Source: Amoebophrya sp. A120 (lineage: Eukaryota; Protista; Dinoflagellata). Taken from it: 64,000 nucleotides of DNA. Below the pieces are notes generated by a model. The model saw nothing but the letters and a program-made list of their open reading frames with translations, made no database searches and was not told the origin of the DNA. The stretch is taken from contig CAJINV010000001.1 in NCBI GenBank assembly GCA_905178155.1, positions 3,797,706 to 3,861,705 on the forward strand. The letters are read 5' to 3'. Position numbers and translations under genes: made by a program. Positions 1 through 11,959 of this stretch are shown piece by piece (the stretch's first letter is position 1; every line of letters starts with the position of its first letter).

Positions 1-2
1 AT

Positions 3-572
3 TGCGAAGATATCTACCGCGTCGTGCAGGTATTATCCGCGTGAGTTCAACACTTTATGCTGATACAATGCGAAAGCGAAAGAGTTTAGGTGGAAGCCTG
101 GAAGGAGTTTTTGCTTACCTAGACCACAACAAATAAATCAAAAGTCAGCATTTCGATTTCGCCAGTGCGAAGGAAGTTGTCGTGCTTTTTATCAAAAGGA
201 GAACTAAAGAATTTCGTTTGCGACTTTCCTAAAAACATCATTCAGCCTCCGGAGCAGTGGTACGTGGGCGGCGGCGGCGGGCTGTGCAAGCCCGCTTTCA
301 TGTCCATCGACGTACCTCCGCCGTACGGGCCCGACATTTTTGTGACCGGGGAGATCTTCATGCGGTCGTTCTTCACGATTTTCGACCGGGGTTCGGAAAA
401 CGGGAAGCAGTCCCGTGTGTGCATCGCGAAGAACAAAACGCCAAAGGAGCTGAGCGAAGCGGACTACGAACAGGCCACGGAACTGTCCAGTCCGCGGGTG
501 GTGCACCGGGTTTTCGAGACGAGGCACCGCCCGGACGAGCCCTACGGCAAGGATGCGGATCGGGATGGATAA
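3..572 (+). CDS. Aspartic protease (pepsin/A1 family), 3' end; exons <3..29 and 246..572
   Basis: GT-AG intron 30..245 joins in frame. The C-terminus 'CKPAFMSIDVPPPYGPDIFVTGEIFMRSFFTIFDRG...RVCIAK' matches the pepsin-family tail (xxLGDVFxRxYxTVFD...RVGxA). Confidence 0.75.
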
Positions 573-1372
573 GAAGATTTACTTGGAACGGATCGCTTGT
601 GACTCAAGAAAAGGATTGCCACTCTACGTCTACTCTTGTGAATGATATCGCACTCAAATGTACACTGAAAAATATTTACACCTTGAATGAAATAATTTGT
701 TGTGGTATTTCAAAAGTATAGTCAAGCTAAAGAGTAAAAGTAATACGCGTTGGAAAAGGAAATTGAACCGAAAAAAAACGTATGTACCAAAAAACCATGT
801 TGCAGACTTGCTACTTCCATGTACGAAAACATCGATCTTCAAAAAGAGTTTTTCAATAAAAGCTTCGCGCGTGCTTACATCTTACTGAAAATCAATTGAT
901 TGTACTACCGATACTTGATGCATGTTGACAGGAGAACGTAGATACGGATTTGGGAGGAGTCTGTAGTAAAACCGACAAGAAAACGAGGTGACAGAAGTTC
1001 AATCTTGATGTTCTTGATTCTTCATGCGCTGCCTGACGCGTGCGTAAAACGGGCAAGAATGAAAACGAAGACAGAAGTCGCGGTCTGAAGGCCGTCTTCT
1101 AATGGGACTGGGAAAAGAAGCCCAAGCCTTAGCCTTGTTTGCGTACGAATTTGATTTGCCAATCAGAGGACGTCGGACACGACGAGCAAAACGAAAGAGT
1201 TACAACCCATTGTCAAGAATAAGCAAAAGCCGACACCAAAACGCAAATTCAAACGACAACAATAAACGTGTTTTTTTGTCTGGTGGGTAGTGCATCATCA
1301 AGAGTATTTCTCTGTTCCACTTTTTGCACTCAAGTGGTGCCAACTCACTATCTCGAAGAACAAGCCAAGATA

Positions 1373-2527
1373 ATGTCTGCAGCTTCTGTAGCGACGTGGA
1401 AGGCGGCACCTTCCCCGGCTTACGGAGCCTGGGTTGAAGGGCGCGTGCGAACATGCCTGACAAACCTCGAGGCGCGAGCAACGGAAGAGGTCAATGCGCG
1501 ACGCAGGTCTATTGAGCGCGACCCTTCAAAAACTGCTGACATCCTCAAGCAGGGCTCTGCGCTTGCGGAAACGATCAAAGGCCTCAGCGGGGTCTTGGAC
1601 CGGCACACTGCCTGTCTCCGCGCCGCGCGTGCAGGAAAGTTTTGCGAGCACGACGACTTATCACTCCTCGGGGTGACGAGCTGCTGCGTCTGGACTCCAG
1701 GGAAGGCAGTGGATCCAGCGACAACTACAGACACGGAAGACGGGGGCGGTCAGTTGCCCGCTCCTCCGGACGAGGCGGCTGCTGATCGTTTCGCTTTCGG
1801 CACCGCACTCGAAGAGTGCACGCGTACTGCGGTCCGGGCGGGTGGTGGACGAGTCTCAGTGAACATCAAACGCTCTCCCTCTCTGCACAGCAGCGCAGTA
1901 AAGACACTCGGAGACGAGATCTTGCAGGACCAAATGCGGGCATGGATGGTGGCTGTACGCCGGGGCTTTGGCAAGCCAGCACTAATGCCGAACTTCCCCG
2001 CGGAGTTGTTCCGCAGGGTTTGTTGTTTTTTGCAACCCGTCAGCGACGTGATCCTGGGGCCGAAGTATCTCGCAAATGTGGCGATCGCGAAGCGCAGGCT
2101 CGACGTGGAAAGTGCGATCGAGGTGGTCTTCGCGCAGTGTTTGGAATCCGACACTCTCGTCGGTTCGGCCTCAGAAATCCGCGGGAGCATCCAGGTCGAT
2201 GCGTTGCCCGGGACGAGTGCGGGTGCAGGTGTGAAACGAATCACCGTCAAGTTGGGGGGCGACAGCTGCATGCTGGACGGTGCGAAGACGCGCTGGCCAG
2301 CTCTAGCTGAGACGTTGTTGGCGAGTTACGATGTGTGGGAGCAAGAAAGGCAAAAAGATCTTGCGGCGCGTCATTCTGTCATCCGTCCATTGATGGGGGA
2401 GGTGAAATACGACGTCGTGAGCGTCATCCTGAAGGACTACTTTGCAAAGAAAGGACTTGAGTTCAGTGTAAAGGAGATGAAGGGAGGACACGCTTTCGGT
2501 TTGGATTTTGCCGTCTCTTGGAAGTAA
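1373..2527 (+). CDS. Intronless hypothetical protein with F-box-like motif (family member 1)
   Basis: Long GC-rich ORF, first ATG 1373. Motif 'FPAELFRRVCCFL'; similar to the gene at 31827. Confidence 0.7.
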   Translation: MSAASVATWKAAPSPAYGAWVEGRVRTCLTNLEARATEEVNARRRSIERDPSKTADILKQGSALAETIKGLSGVLDRHTACLRAARAGKFCEHDDLSLLGVTSCCVWTPGKAVDPATTTDTEDGGGQLPAPPDEAAADRFAFGTALEECTRTAVRAGGGRVSVNIKRSPSLHSSAVKTLGDEILQDQMRAWMVAVRRGFGKPALMPNFPAELFRRVCCFLQPVSDVILGPKYLANVAIAKRRLDVESAIEVVFAQCLESDTLVGSASEIRGSIQVDALPGTSAGAGVKRITVKLGGDSCMLDGAKTRWPALAETLLASYDVWEQERQKDLAARHSVIRPLMGEVKYDVVSVILKDYFAKKGLEFSVKEMKGGHAFGLDFAVSWK

Positions 2528-3376
2528 GACCTCACATCCGCAGACAACGTCCACACAGATGTCAGAACTTCCTTGCTTTTTTGAAATGACGAGAGCTAGA
2601 CCTAGATCTGAGCAGAAGATTGAAAGGACGAGGGCAAGTCCCTCAGTCCAGGCAGGTCTTTCAATAGTGAGGAGTTAGAAGCTCTCGGGTTGCGGTGGTG
2701 ATCATGATTGAAAGTGGTTCGGTCGTGGAAGTATGCCCACTAAAAGACGAAGCCGGGGCTAGGTCCGAGTGCGAATGTGGTGACTTTTCTTCTCGGAACA
2801 CGCGAAGTGGATCAACATTAGCGCGATCCACACGTCCGTGCAAAACATGGATGCGCGAGGGTGGTCCTACTTGCTATTGAAATGAACGAGATGAAGAGGT
2901 GAATTAGAAGAAGATCTTCTGGCAAAAGTTTTCGGTGTAGTGCTTTTTTGGGCGGCGCTTCACAAAGGATCGCAGTAAATTATGATGCGTCCATGATCGG
3001 CGTATGAATCAAGACGCGTCAATGTCGATCGTACTTATTGGCGTTGCAACAGTACACTTGTAAAAGGACGAAAAGTCAACAGACACAAGGTCCGTTGAAA
3101 GCGCTGTAGCCGCCCGTCGTCATTTGAAGAAATATTTTTTGAAAAAACGTATTCACCCAAAGACAGCAGCCCCGCCAGAAACGTTTCCCGCACAGCTTAG
3201 CGTTAATATTTCAAGACTGGAACAAGACTGCGTGCCGTGCCTTTTTGTTTGGTTGCTGTCACGGGCATTGACTTTGGACCCATAGAAGGTGCTATTATAC
3301 GGCATTTTTCACGAGCTAGTCGCGGACACAGTACTACGTACTTCCATTGAAGGGAACCACGACCAACCAGAACATC

Positions 3377-6300
3377 ATGTCGTTCCGCGCGGGCCAGTTC
3401 GAGTCATGCTGCGACCTGAAGGCGCAGATCATGTCAAGCTACACCCGGTCAGGATTGGATACCGTGGGGCAGCTCGGCGGTGGAGCCTGCTTCACGAAAC
3501 CGGGTCCGCAGTTTGGGAAGACGCACCTACCGACGAACAAGTGCCGCATGCACACCACCGCCGTGTTAGCCGGCATCCAGTGGGCGCTGCAGACGCGAAA
3601 AAAAGTGAGTCGGGGCACGAAAATGTCGCTGGAACTGGAAATCGCAAGCCGGTTTCTGGTGGACTGGCTGATGGCGGCAGAAGACGAGGTGGAGGGACAA
3701 AAAAACGAAGACCAGGAAAAAATCGCCGGCAAAGCCGCGGCCACACCTTTAACTACCACTCAAGCTTCTTCTCAGCCTGTTGCGTCTTCAGTGATCTTGC
3801 GCAAGTTCAAGCGTTTGCTGAGTTTCGTAAAACAGTACGCAACGAAACTTGAGCAGACGAACGCGACGACTTCTGTTGCTCCCTCCAAATCAACCATCAA
3901 CAACGCCGAGGGCAGCTGCCCTGCCGCAGCAAGTCTCGACCGACTGCTACCGAGGCCGTGCCTCTCTGAGTGGAGCCGGAAGCAGCTGCTGCAGGAGCTC
4001 CAGAAGAACACCATTGTGTACTTGGAAAACATCGTGGCGTTAATTGCCGAAAACAAGAATACCGACCCGACGCACGGCCAGCTGCTGTTCACGTTCGTCG
4101 TCGACTGCGGGCGATATTTCAACAAGGAATGCTCTGGGACTTTACCCCCGGGCGAAGTTTCGAAGATTCGCCAGGCGGCGCTGCATGCGGGGGCCTTTGT
4201 GATTTTTCGGTGTGCCCACGAGGACAGTGCCGACCTGTGCGAGGTGCGGTTTCCCGGGGTCGACGCGTCCGAAGCGAGGACCATCCTCTTCATGGAGCGC
4301 ATGAGGGACACGACGGTGGAGGAGGTGGAGTTTTTGTGGCAGGTGAACAAAAGCCTGAGCAACGAGTCTCTGCGGCAGAACTTTTTTACGCCATCTTACC
4401 TGGCGAACAAAGATCCAGGTCTGTTTTGGACCCTGGTGCGACACGCGAGCAATCTCTATCTGCCCGCAGAGGACATGGCAGGCTTGAAAAGCGCCGGGAT
4501 GTTCCAGCCGGAGAGCAGGGCGGTGGTGTCACCAGCAACAGGAGCGAGTGGTAGCGGATCATCCAGTACCGGAGATGCCGCCAACGATGGTAGTACTTCG
4601 CAAAAGTACAAACAAAACGAAGAAAAACTCCAGGCCTACCTCGAAGCACTCGACGCGTACGGAGGTCACAGAAGTGGTGCGCCGTCTACTAGTTCTCAAC
4701 CGGGGCAGGAACTACAAGACAAACAAACAGTCAGCAAGATATTTTCCTGGAACTCCTTCCTCCCCGGAATTCGTGGTGGCAGTCTGCACCGGTTCGCTCT
4801 TATGACCTCGGCGGAAAGTGATATTACCTCGTCAACATCGTCGAGGCGCGAGGCAGACCGGAGGGAGCTCGTTAAGCAAAATCTGAACCCGGAGTTCCCA
4901 GACGAAAAGTGTACCAAGCTGGTGGTAGCGATCGTGCGGGCGTGTGCGTCACCGGAGTTCTTCGGGCGGTTGCCAAACTACAAAAAGGAGAAAAAGATGG
5001 GTGTGTGCGTGTTGGAGCGGGAGGAGGAGAAGCAAGGAAACTACGGACAGCAGATGACGGCGGACTTCGAAAGGCAGAAGATGCTGCAAGATTTGGTCAA
5101 GAAGAATCCCGCGCTGCTTAAACTTCTGGATACGAAGGACGACAAGGGGTTCGAGAAGCTGCTGGCTTCGAACCCGCAGCTGAAGCCGGTCATCGAGGCT
5201 CTCGGCGATAAGCTGCAGAGTGTCGGGCCAAAGGAGGACAAATTTCCGAAGACGGGCAACAGCACGTGGTCACCGGCTCCCGATAGCAAGACGGCCGTCA
5301 AGCTCATGGGGCAGAGCCGAGTCTGCTGGCACTGCCAAAACGTCGAGTCCGAGCGGGACAAGCACACCTGGGTGACGTGCGGCAAGTGCGGCGTCGCGAC
5401 CTACTGCGCGGCCACGCACCAGGCGCTGCACTGGGAGGAGCACCAGGAGGAGTGCGCGTATTTCTGCGCGCAAAGCGGCACCGGTTCTTCATCTTTCACG
5501 GAGCCGGAGGCAGAAGGTCAGCTGATCACGACTGATGAAAAGCGGAAGTTAGACCGTCTCGTCCCGGTCATGGTGTTGCCCGCGAACGAAGCGGTAAAGC
5601 CGTACGTGCGGTATTTGCCGAAAGACCCGGCGGCCGCCCGGAAGCGGATCAAACAGCTGCTCAACTGCGAACACCTGGTGGAGGGCAACTCCTTCCGCGG
5701 GTTCGTGCCGTCGATCGGCCGGACACCCGGATGCAACAACGAAGAGTCCATCCCCGGGAAGAGGTTCTACAACACGGAATTCTGGCTCGTCCAGGAGGAC
5801 TTTTCGAAGCACCTGAAGGGGGCGGAGGTGAAAATTTCGGGCTTGACCGGCAACACGGCACTGAACAACCGGCGGGGATACTTGACAGGCGCGTACAAGT
5901 CCCCGGTGGGGCATCCGGGAAAGGCCAAAGACCGGTACGCCGTGAGACTCGTAAAAGGCAGCGGAAGTGGTGGCCGCACATCTTCAACATCTTCCGCAGA
6001 ACTCGAGGCGGACACCAAGCTCATTTCCGGTCAGAATTTGAGCTTCACGAACAGCAAAGTCGTCGAGAAGTTTGCGAAGCCGAATTTGCACAAGCAAAAC
6101 GCCCGAGCGAGCGCCCTGCTGACCGCGTCCAACAACGTGGCGGCACCGCCGGAGTTTGCGTCGCAGAGCAACGCAATGTCTTCTGCGATGCCCATCACAA
6201 ACTACATGCACATCGGGGACGAATCTGAGCTCGCGGTGCGCGCCAGGGGCGATGTCTACATGATTCGGGTCGGCAAGATGATGCCGAGTAAAAGCGATAG

Positions 6301-7413
6301 TGCCGCCGGAATAAACAACAGTGCTGGTAGTGGAGGCTCCGCTTCTGCCGCCCGACGAGGACAACAACCTCCTGTAGACCCGTTCTACACCGCCGCTAGC
6401 TCCTCCCCGCAAGCTCTGAATACGGAGCAGGTGCTGCAGTTTTTGAATGGTGCCGGTATCCTCGGCGACGACGTCAAGGATGAAATGGTTGAGCCCGAGG
6501 AGGAAATCGTGAACAACGAGAACAACAAGAAGCAGCTCCTGCCCTTCGACCGGGCACTCTACGATCGGTTTTGTGGGATGTTCAACCTGATCCCGTTGAC
6601 GGACCGGTTTGCCATCTCCATGTTGATGAAAAACGACGCGGAGGGAGAGCGGATGTATCAAATGTAAAAATGTCTGGGTCTGGAAGTCAGAATGCAACTT
6701 GTGATGCTGCATTTGGATTCCAAAAAAATTTGTATTGCGTGAGTACCTAAGGAAGGGCAATTTTTGCTACGCTGAGAAGGCATTTGTCATGCGGAATACG
6801 CATCAAGAAGCCCTCAGAAAATCTGTATTGCTAGGGGATGCTTGCATCACAGACATCATGGCTCATGCAAAACGTGCATGACAAGTGTCAGAATCTTCCA
6901 GACCCAGACATTTTTACAGTTGATAGGATGGTGGCAAGCGCCATGCAACCTATGCTGGAACTTGGGGCGACCGCCACAGCGGCAAGTACAACTAGGGCAT
7001 CAGGTAGTTGTAGAGGTGGAGCAGCTTCTGCCAGCACCACTGCCAGTTCTAGTACCGGGAAGGCAAAAAGCAAGGCAGCGCCGCACGTGAAAGTTACGAA
7101 AGAAGAGATTGACAAAATAGGTCAAGACATTGCCGACATCAACCTGCAACCGCCGGAGGAGGAGCCGGATTCCGTCATTGGGGCCCGCGTGCGCATGGTC
7201 GACGTGGAGAACGCGCCCGAGCACAATGGACGCGTGGGCAAGGTGCTCGAGGTTTTGGACCCGGTTGACAGCGCGGCCGCGAGTTTGAGCAACCACGTTT
7301 TTGGGGGCGTGCCGGTGCGTGCCGGGCCGCAGTACCGGATTGAATTGCAGAAAACGAAAACCAAGCCGGCCACGGTGATCACAACGGTCAAAACCAGCTG
7401 CATTTTCGACTGA
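3377..7413 (+). CDS. MYND zinc-finger protein with two SH3/KOW-like repeats; exons 3377..6655, 6931..7413
   Basis: CWHC...CGKC...YC...HQALHW..HQEEC is a zf-MYND. Repeats GAEVKISGL...LNNRRG and GARVRMVDV...HNGRVG. Removing the introner gives ERM|VASAMQP in frame. Confidence 0.8.
6656..6925. mobile_element. Introner/MITE, family A (non-canonical intron)
   Basis: 31-bp TIR TATCAAATGTAAAAATGTCTGGGTCTGGAAG (1 mismatch). DR GGATG at 6651-6655 and 6926-6930. Confidence 0.92.
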
Positions 7414-8166
7414 CGAGATGTAGGTAGTCGGGGGGAGAAACTAGAAAGTATATCAATCTATGTCTTTATCTTTTTGACAGTGACGAGTCTTGGACAATAT
7501 CCTGATTCATGTGATCAGGCACCTACTTACCGCATAGTCGCCAAGTATAAGAACAGGAAGGTAGAAATGTTGCGGCCGCGCAGTTTCTGTTGCTGGCGAC
7601 GCTCGCATCGAGCGACCGACGAGTAGACTCGGTGTTCGTTACGTGCGATCGCTTCTAGTCCGGGCTGAATCCGAACCAATTTTTGGTAAATCGCATCAAT
7701 CGTCGCCATCGTATTTCGTAAAGAGGTGTTCGTTGGTGTTCATCCGGAGCACCGTTTCCCGCGTCGCTCAGAAGTACGAAAGAGTAGTTGTTGTGCGGTT
7801 CGAGTAGAACACTAGTGGCAACCTCGTGAGGACTTGTTGACTTTCGCTGTTGTGCTATCGTCTTGGATGTTCATGGCACCGTATAAGCAATTTCTTCGTA
7901 CGGATTTGACTTGCGGAGCCTCTGCCTCTATCTCGAAGGCCTGCTCCGTTGCATTTTTTTTCTGAATGTGAATTTGAATGCTATGGCGATTACGATCAGC
8001 AGTAGAAGTAAGTAGAAGTTGTTACGACTAAGAGCTAGAAAGTCGAATAAGAAAAGACACCAACAGGATCCGCCTTCTTCCGTTCGAAGAAAATTATCTT
8101 GCGTTTTACTCGAGCGACGTGGCTGGCACTGGCTCAACAGCGCCAATCACAGGTGCAGCCTTCGTC

Positions 8167-11100
8167 ATGCCCCTCGCCAGTTCGGCCAACAAACCAGCCC
8201 CGCCCGACGACTCGCGGGTGAGCCGGGGTCTGGAAGCCTTGAAAAGGCGGCTGCAGGATGCAAATACGCAATCGCAGAAGCTGCGGCGCGACATGCAGCG
8301 GGATTTGCTTTCGTTGCAGGACACGCATGACAAGGTCTTTGCGGACGTTGCGAAGGCGGTCCCGCGGGCTTTCTTCAAGCCAAAGGTTCGGGTGGGGGCA
8401 CGGTCCATGACTGGGAGCAAGTTGATAAGTAGTAAGGGAACAACCACCTCGGGATTCTACAACAGCGACGCAAACGACGCAGGAGCGGTGGGTGACAATT
8501 CCATGCTCTCCTCTAGTATGGGAATGCCCGAAGCGACCGCTGCGGGAGCCGCGGTCGAAGACGGACTGCAACACGAAACTAACGACACCGCCTCGCCGCT
8601 GCCTTCCCGAAAGCGAAACCCTCATCTCGAGCACTTAAAGTCCAGGCTGTTGGAACAACACGCGGCAGAGGAGGCTGCGGAGCGGGCGCGTGTGGACAAG
8701 AAAAGCATCGACCAGCGACACACCTTTTCCAGGAAGTTGAAATTGAAGGAGACGACTTCGGCCTCCTCTGGGGGTGCGTCTTCGTCATCGCTGCGTACTT
8801 AAAGATATTTTTTGCAATAGAAAGCACGAGCACCTACTGACGCTTTTAGCAAACAAAATGAGCATGGACATGAGATCCTGGCAAAGCCTTCTAGTGATCA
8901 TGTGATCATCAAAACATCTGCACAGCGCGACGCGGTAGACGGCGCGGTTCGGCTGATGATTCCACGGGCGGCGATGGGAACAAGGATCTGGGCGCAATGG
9001 TCCGCGACTTCCGTGCTGACCTCGTGGAGCGACGCGAAAAGCGGAAGCCGGTGCACCAGCACCCCACCCGCGCAAGCCACGAGAAGATGATCGCGGAGCG
9101 CGACCAACCGAAGTTCAAAACGCACCACAGTCTCGATCATATGTTGGATTTGCGGGCGCATTTCCACTCGGAGGAGCTCCACCCGCAAGATAGAAAACAC
9201 CCAAACAGCCTGATGAAAAGAGCACGGGGCGGCGCCGGGGGGGCAGCTACTTCCTCCACCGCCAAGAGCGCCAGCTCCGCCTCCCCAATCATGGCCGAGT
9301 CGCTTATGGCGTTGTCAACTGTTACATTTTCAATTTCAACTGTTACGATGAATTTGTGATGCAAGAATGGGAAAAGTGAAAGGAGGAAGATTGCGCCTCT
9401 TGCATTACAGATTTGGGAAGGATTATACCGCTATTTAGCCCTTCGTAAATTTGTCATGTGGAGCAGCTTGATTGTGAGGATGGTGATGGTGTTTTTGCAT
9501 GACAAATCATGCAACAGTTGAGAGTGTAACATTTGAGAACGCCATATCGCTGCGCGACGTGCGCCGGATGCGGGAGGAGCTGAAGTCGAACGCAAGCGAG
9601 CAGAAGACGGCGATAGCGCAGCTGGAAGACAGTTTTCGGGAGTACTTTCTCGGACCCGAAATGGAAAAGATTCAAACGGCCTTTCAGAACGCAGAGTCGG
9701 ACTACCAAGAGGAACTAGACAAGATTCGCAAGCAGAAGGACCTCGTCGTGCAGTGGTTCTTGCAAAAAGATGCTACGTCCACACCGGGCGGGGCGACTCT
9801 TCGTATAACCGAACTTCTCTTAATTGTTGTTCTTGCTCTTGGGGAGGTGTTGTTCCTGAAAATTAATTAATGTGTCCTTCTTTGCATTCCATCTCCATGG
9901 CTACCTTTTAAAACTGACAGCAGCGCCCTCGAGCAGTGGCGGCGGCCAAGCGGCTGCTGCTAATTTCGAGGAAACCGCGGGTTACAAGGAAGTGCTGCAG
10001 CGCCTCGCCGGCCTGCGCGGCGAAGTTGAAAATCTCGGCAAGAGCATGACCCTCGTCGATACGGCGCAATTGGCTGCGCAACTCGAACGGGAAGAAGCGC
10101 AGCTGATCCGGCAAATGGGAACAACTGCTGCGACCGCCACTACTCCCTCGGGTGCACCACGAGGAGGCGAGCAGCAAGGCGCATCGTCGAAGGTCGGTAG
10201 CGGTACCGCATACAACATCACGCGGGAACTGGATAGTTTGAAGGATCAAATCGGCCAGTTTTTCCCAAACGGGTCTTCAAATCCGACCTCCCAGGGCGCT
10301 CAGCAAAAGACCGTTTACGACCCAGAGATCGACAGCATCCGCAACGAACTAGAAGATCTCCGCCGGGAGATCCAGCTGGATGCTTCGAAAGCGTCCAAGG
10401 AAACCGCAAAAACAGAAGCGGAGTACAGAGCGGCAACCGAAGAACAGGAAGAGCGGGAGCAAGGCGGTCCGGTGGAGGTAGAAGCCAGGGCTGCTGATCA
10501 AGACAGAGGACAGGTATAATTGCTATGCGTGGGGTTATTGCGAAGCAAGTCGTGCTGGTGTTGCTTATTTTTCGATGACTTTACTTGCCAGCCTCGTCGT
10601 CACGGTGCTAATTTTTATGTCTGTGTTTGTGGCGAGGTCTTCGATGAGGATGGGGAACGACACATACGACAAGCAATCACGCGATACGTAAAATCACTAG
10701 GCCGTCCTGGCACAGCCGCTAGCGAGTCTGCAGCAGCGCCTCCTGGAGATGCGGTCCCGGTCCGCAGGTACAACGGGTGGCGCAAATGACCCAGACGCTG
10801 AGCACGATGATCCGTCTGCCTCCGCACCCGGCCGAGTATCTGCGCAACTGGCCACAGAGCCCACATACAGCGAACTCACCGTGGAACAGCAAATGGGAGA
10901 TGGCGGCGCAGGCAACAGCACTCAGCCGCTCTACTACCCGGATTTCCGCTCCGAACAGTCGTCTAAGGAGTCGGTGCGGCAAACGCGCAGGCGCAAGGTG
11001 AACCAGGATAACATGCGCGCCATCGCTCGCGCACAGGGGCAGCAAGAGCAGCTCTTGCACCCGTACGCACTGAATCTGCGGCAAGGTGGCGTGATGCAGA

Positions 11101-11516
11101 CTCAAGGAGCTCTCCCTGCGCAGCGTGGTATCAACATCAATTACGAAGTCAATTCCGAGGAGCTCAGGCATAGCCAGCCGATGCCGAACGAGCAGTGGGC
11201 TCCGTGGACAAGCTTCTACCCACACCATGGTGCTTTTCCTCCTCCCCCAGCGGCCGCCCATGTTGACAGCCTTTCGCATGATCCCATGATCCCGCAGTTC
11301 ACCTTCGGCGACGATAAGTATGCGCAGATCTTGGCTCCGCAAGAGCAAGTGCAAGGTGTCATGCTGCAGCCGTCCCCCGCGGCCGCCCCCGCACATCAAG
11401 TGGGAGCCTATGGCAATCAGCAAACCACCTTTGTTTCTGCGTTCGAGTCGATGGCGTACAAGCAGCCACAGCGACGCATCACGCCGCCCCCGCACTCGAA
11501 AAGACGGATTCGATGA
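8167..11516 (+). CDS. Hypothetical coiled-coil protein, 5 exons (8167..8794, 8926..9304, 9552..9802, 9921..10513, 10701..11516)
   Basis: Three GT-AG introns plus one introner link five ORF-track segments with matching phases. Confidence 0.65.
9305..9546. mobile_element. Introner/MITE, family C
   Basis: TIR TATGGCGTT[G/C]TCAA.TGTTACA. DR TCGCT. Excision gives MAESL|RDVRRMREE. Confidence 0.9.
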
Positions 11517-11959
11517 GGTGGTGAATTTTTCAACGTCCAGCTTGGTGGACTTCGCTGTGTCATGATTGTCACTTACCTAGAAGTGCTCATGGCTGCGGGT
11601 GCGGTATTGCGTAGGTACTTCCATCATGTACATGCTGCTCTAGCCAACTAGAACTAGCACAGTGATGTGGATATTTCAAGAATGAACCTGCTTTCGCAGT
11701 CGCGAACCTCTGAGCTTGAGCTACATCGTCTTGATTGGAAGTGAAGGCTCCGAGAAGGTCTTCTGTCTTGACCGTCGTTCCTGCACTGCTTCTGTGTGTT
11801 CGGGTTCACGATGCAGCATGATCAGTACTAGTGCTTTATTAGCGATCCATCGGAAACGTAGTTCACTGTGCTTGTTCCATCGAGGTTCTTCTTGGGCGGA
11901 TTGGTTGTCATTTATTTTGTTTCGATGAAATAAAACCAAGCGCTAGAGCTAGACGCAGA

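Noticed and set aside
5984-6760. Minus-strand ORFs opposite the large genes (also 10719..11495, 49730..50431)
   Set aside because: Antisense shadows of GC3-rich plus-strand coding sequence.
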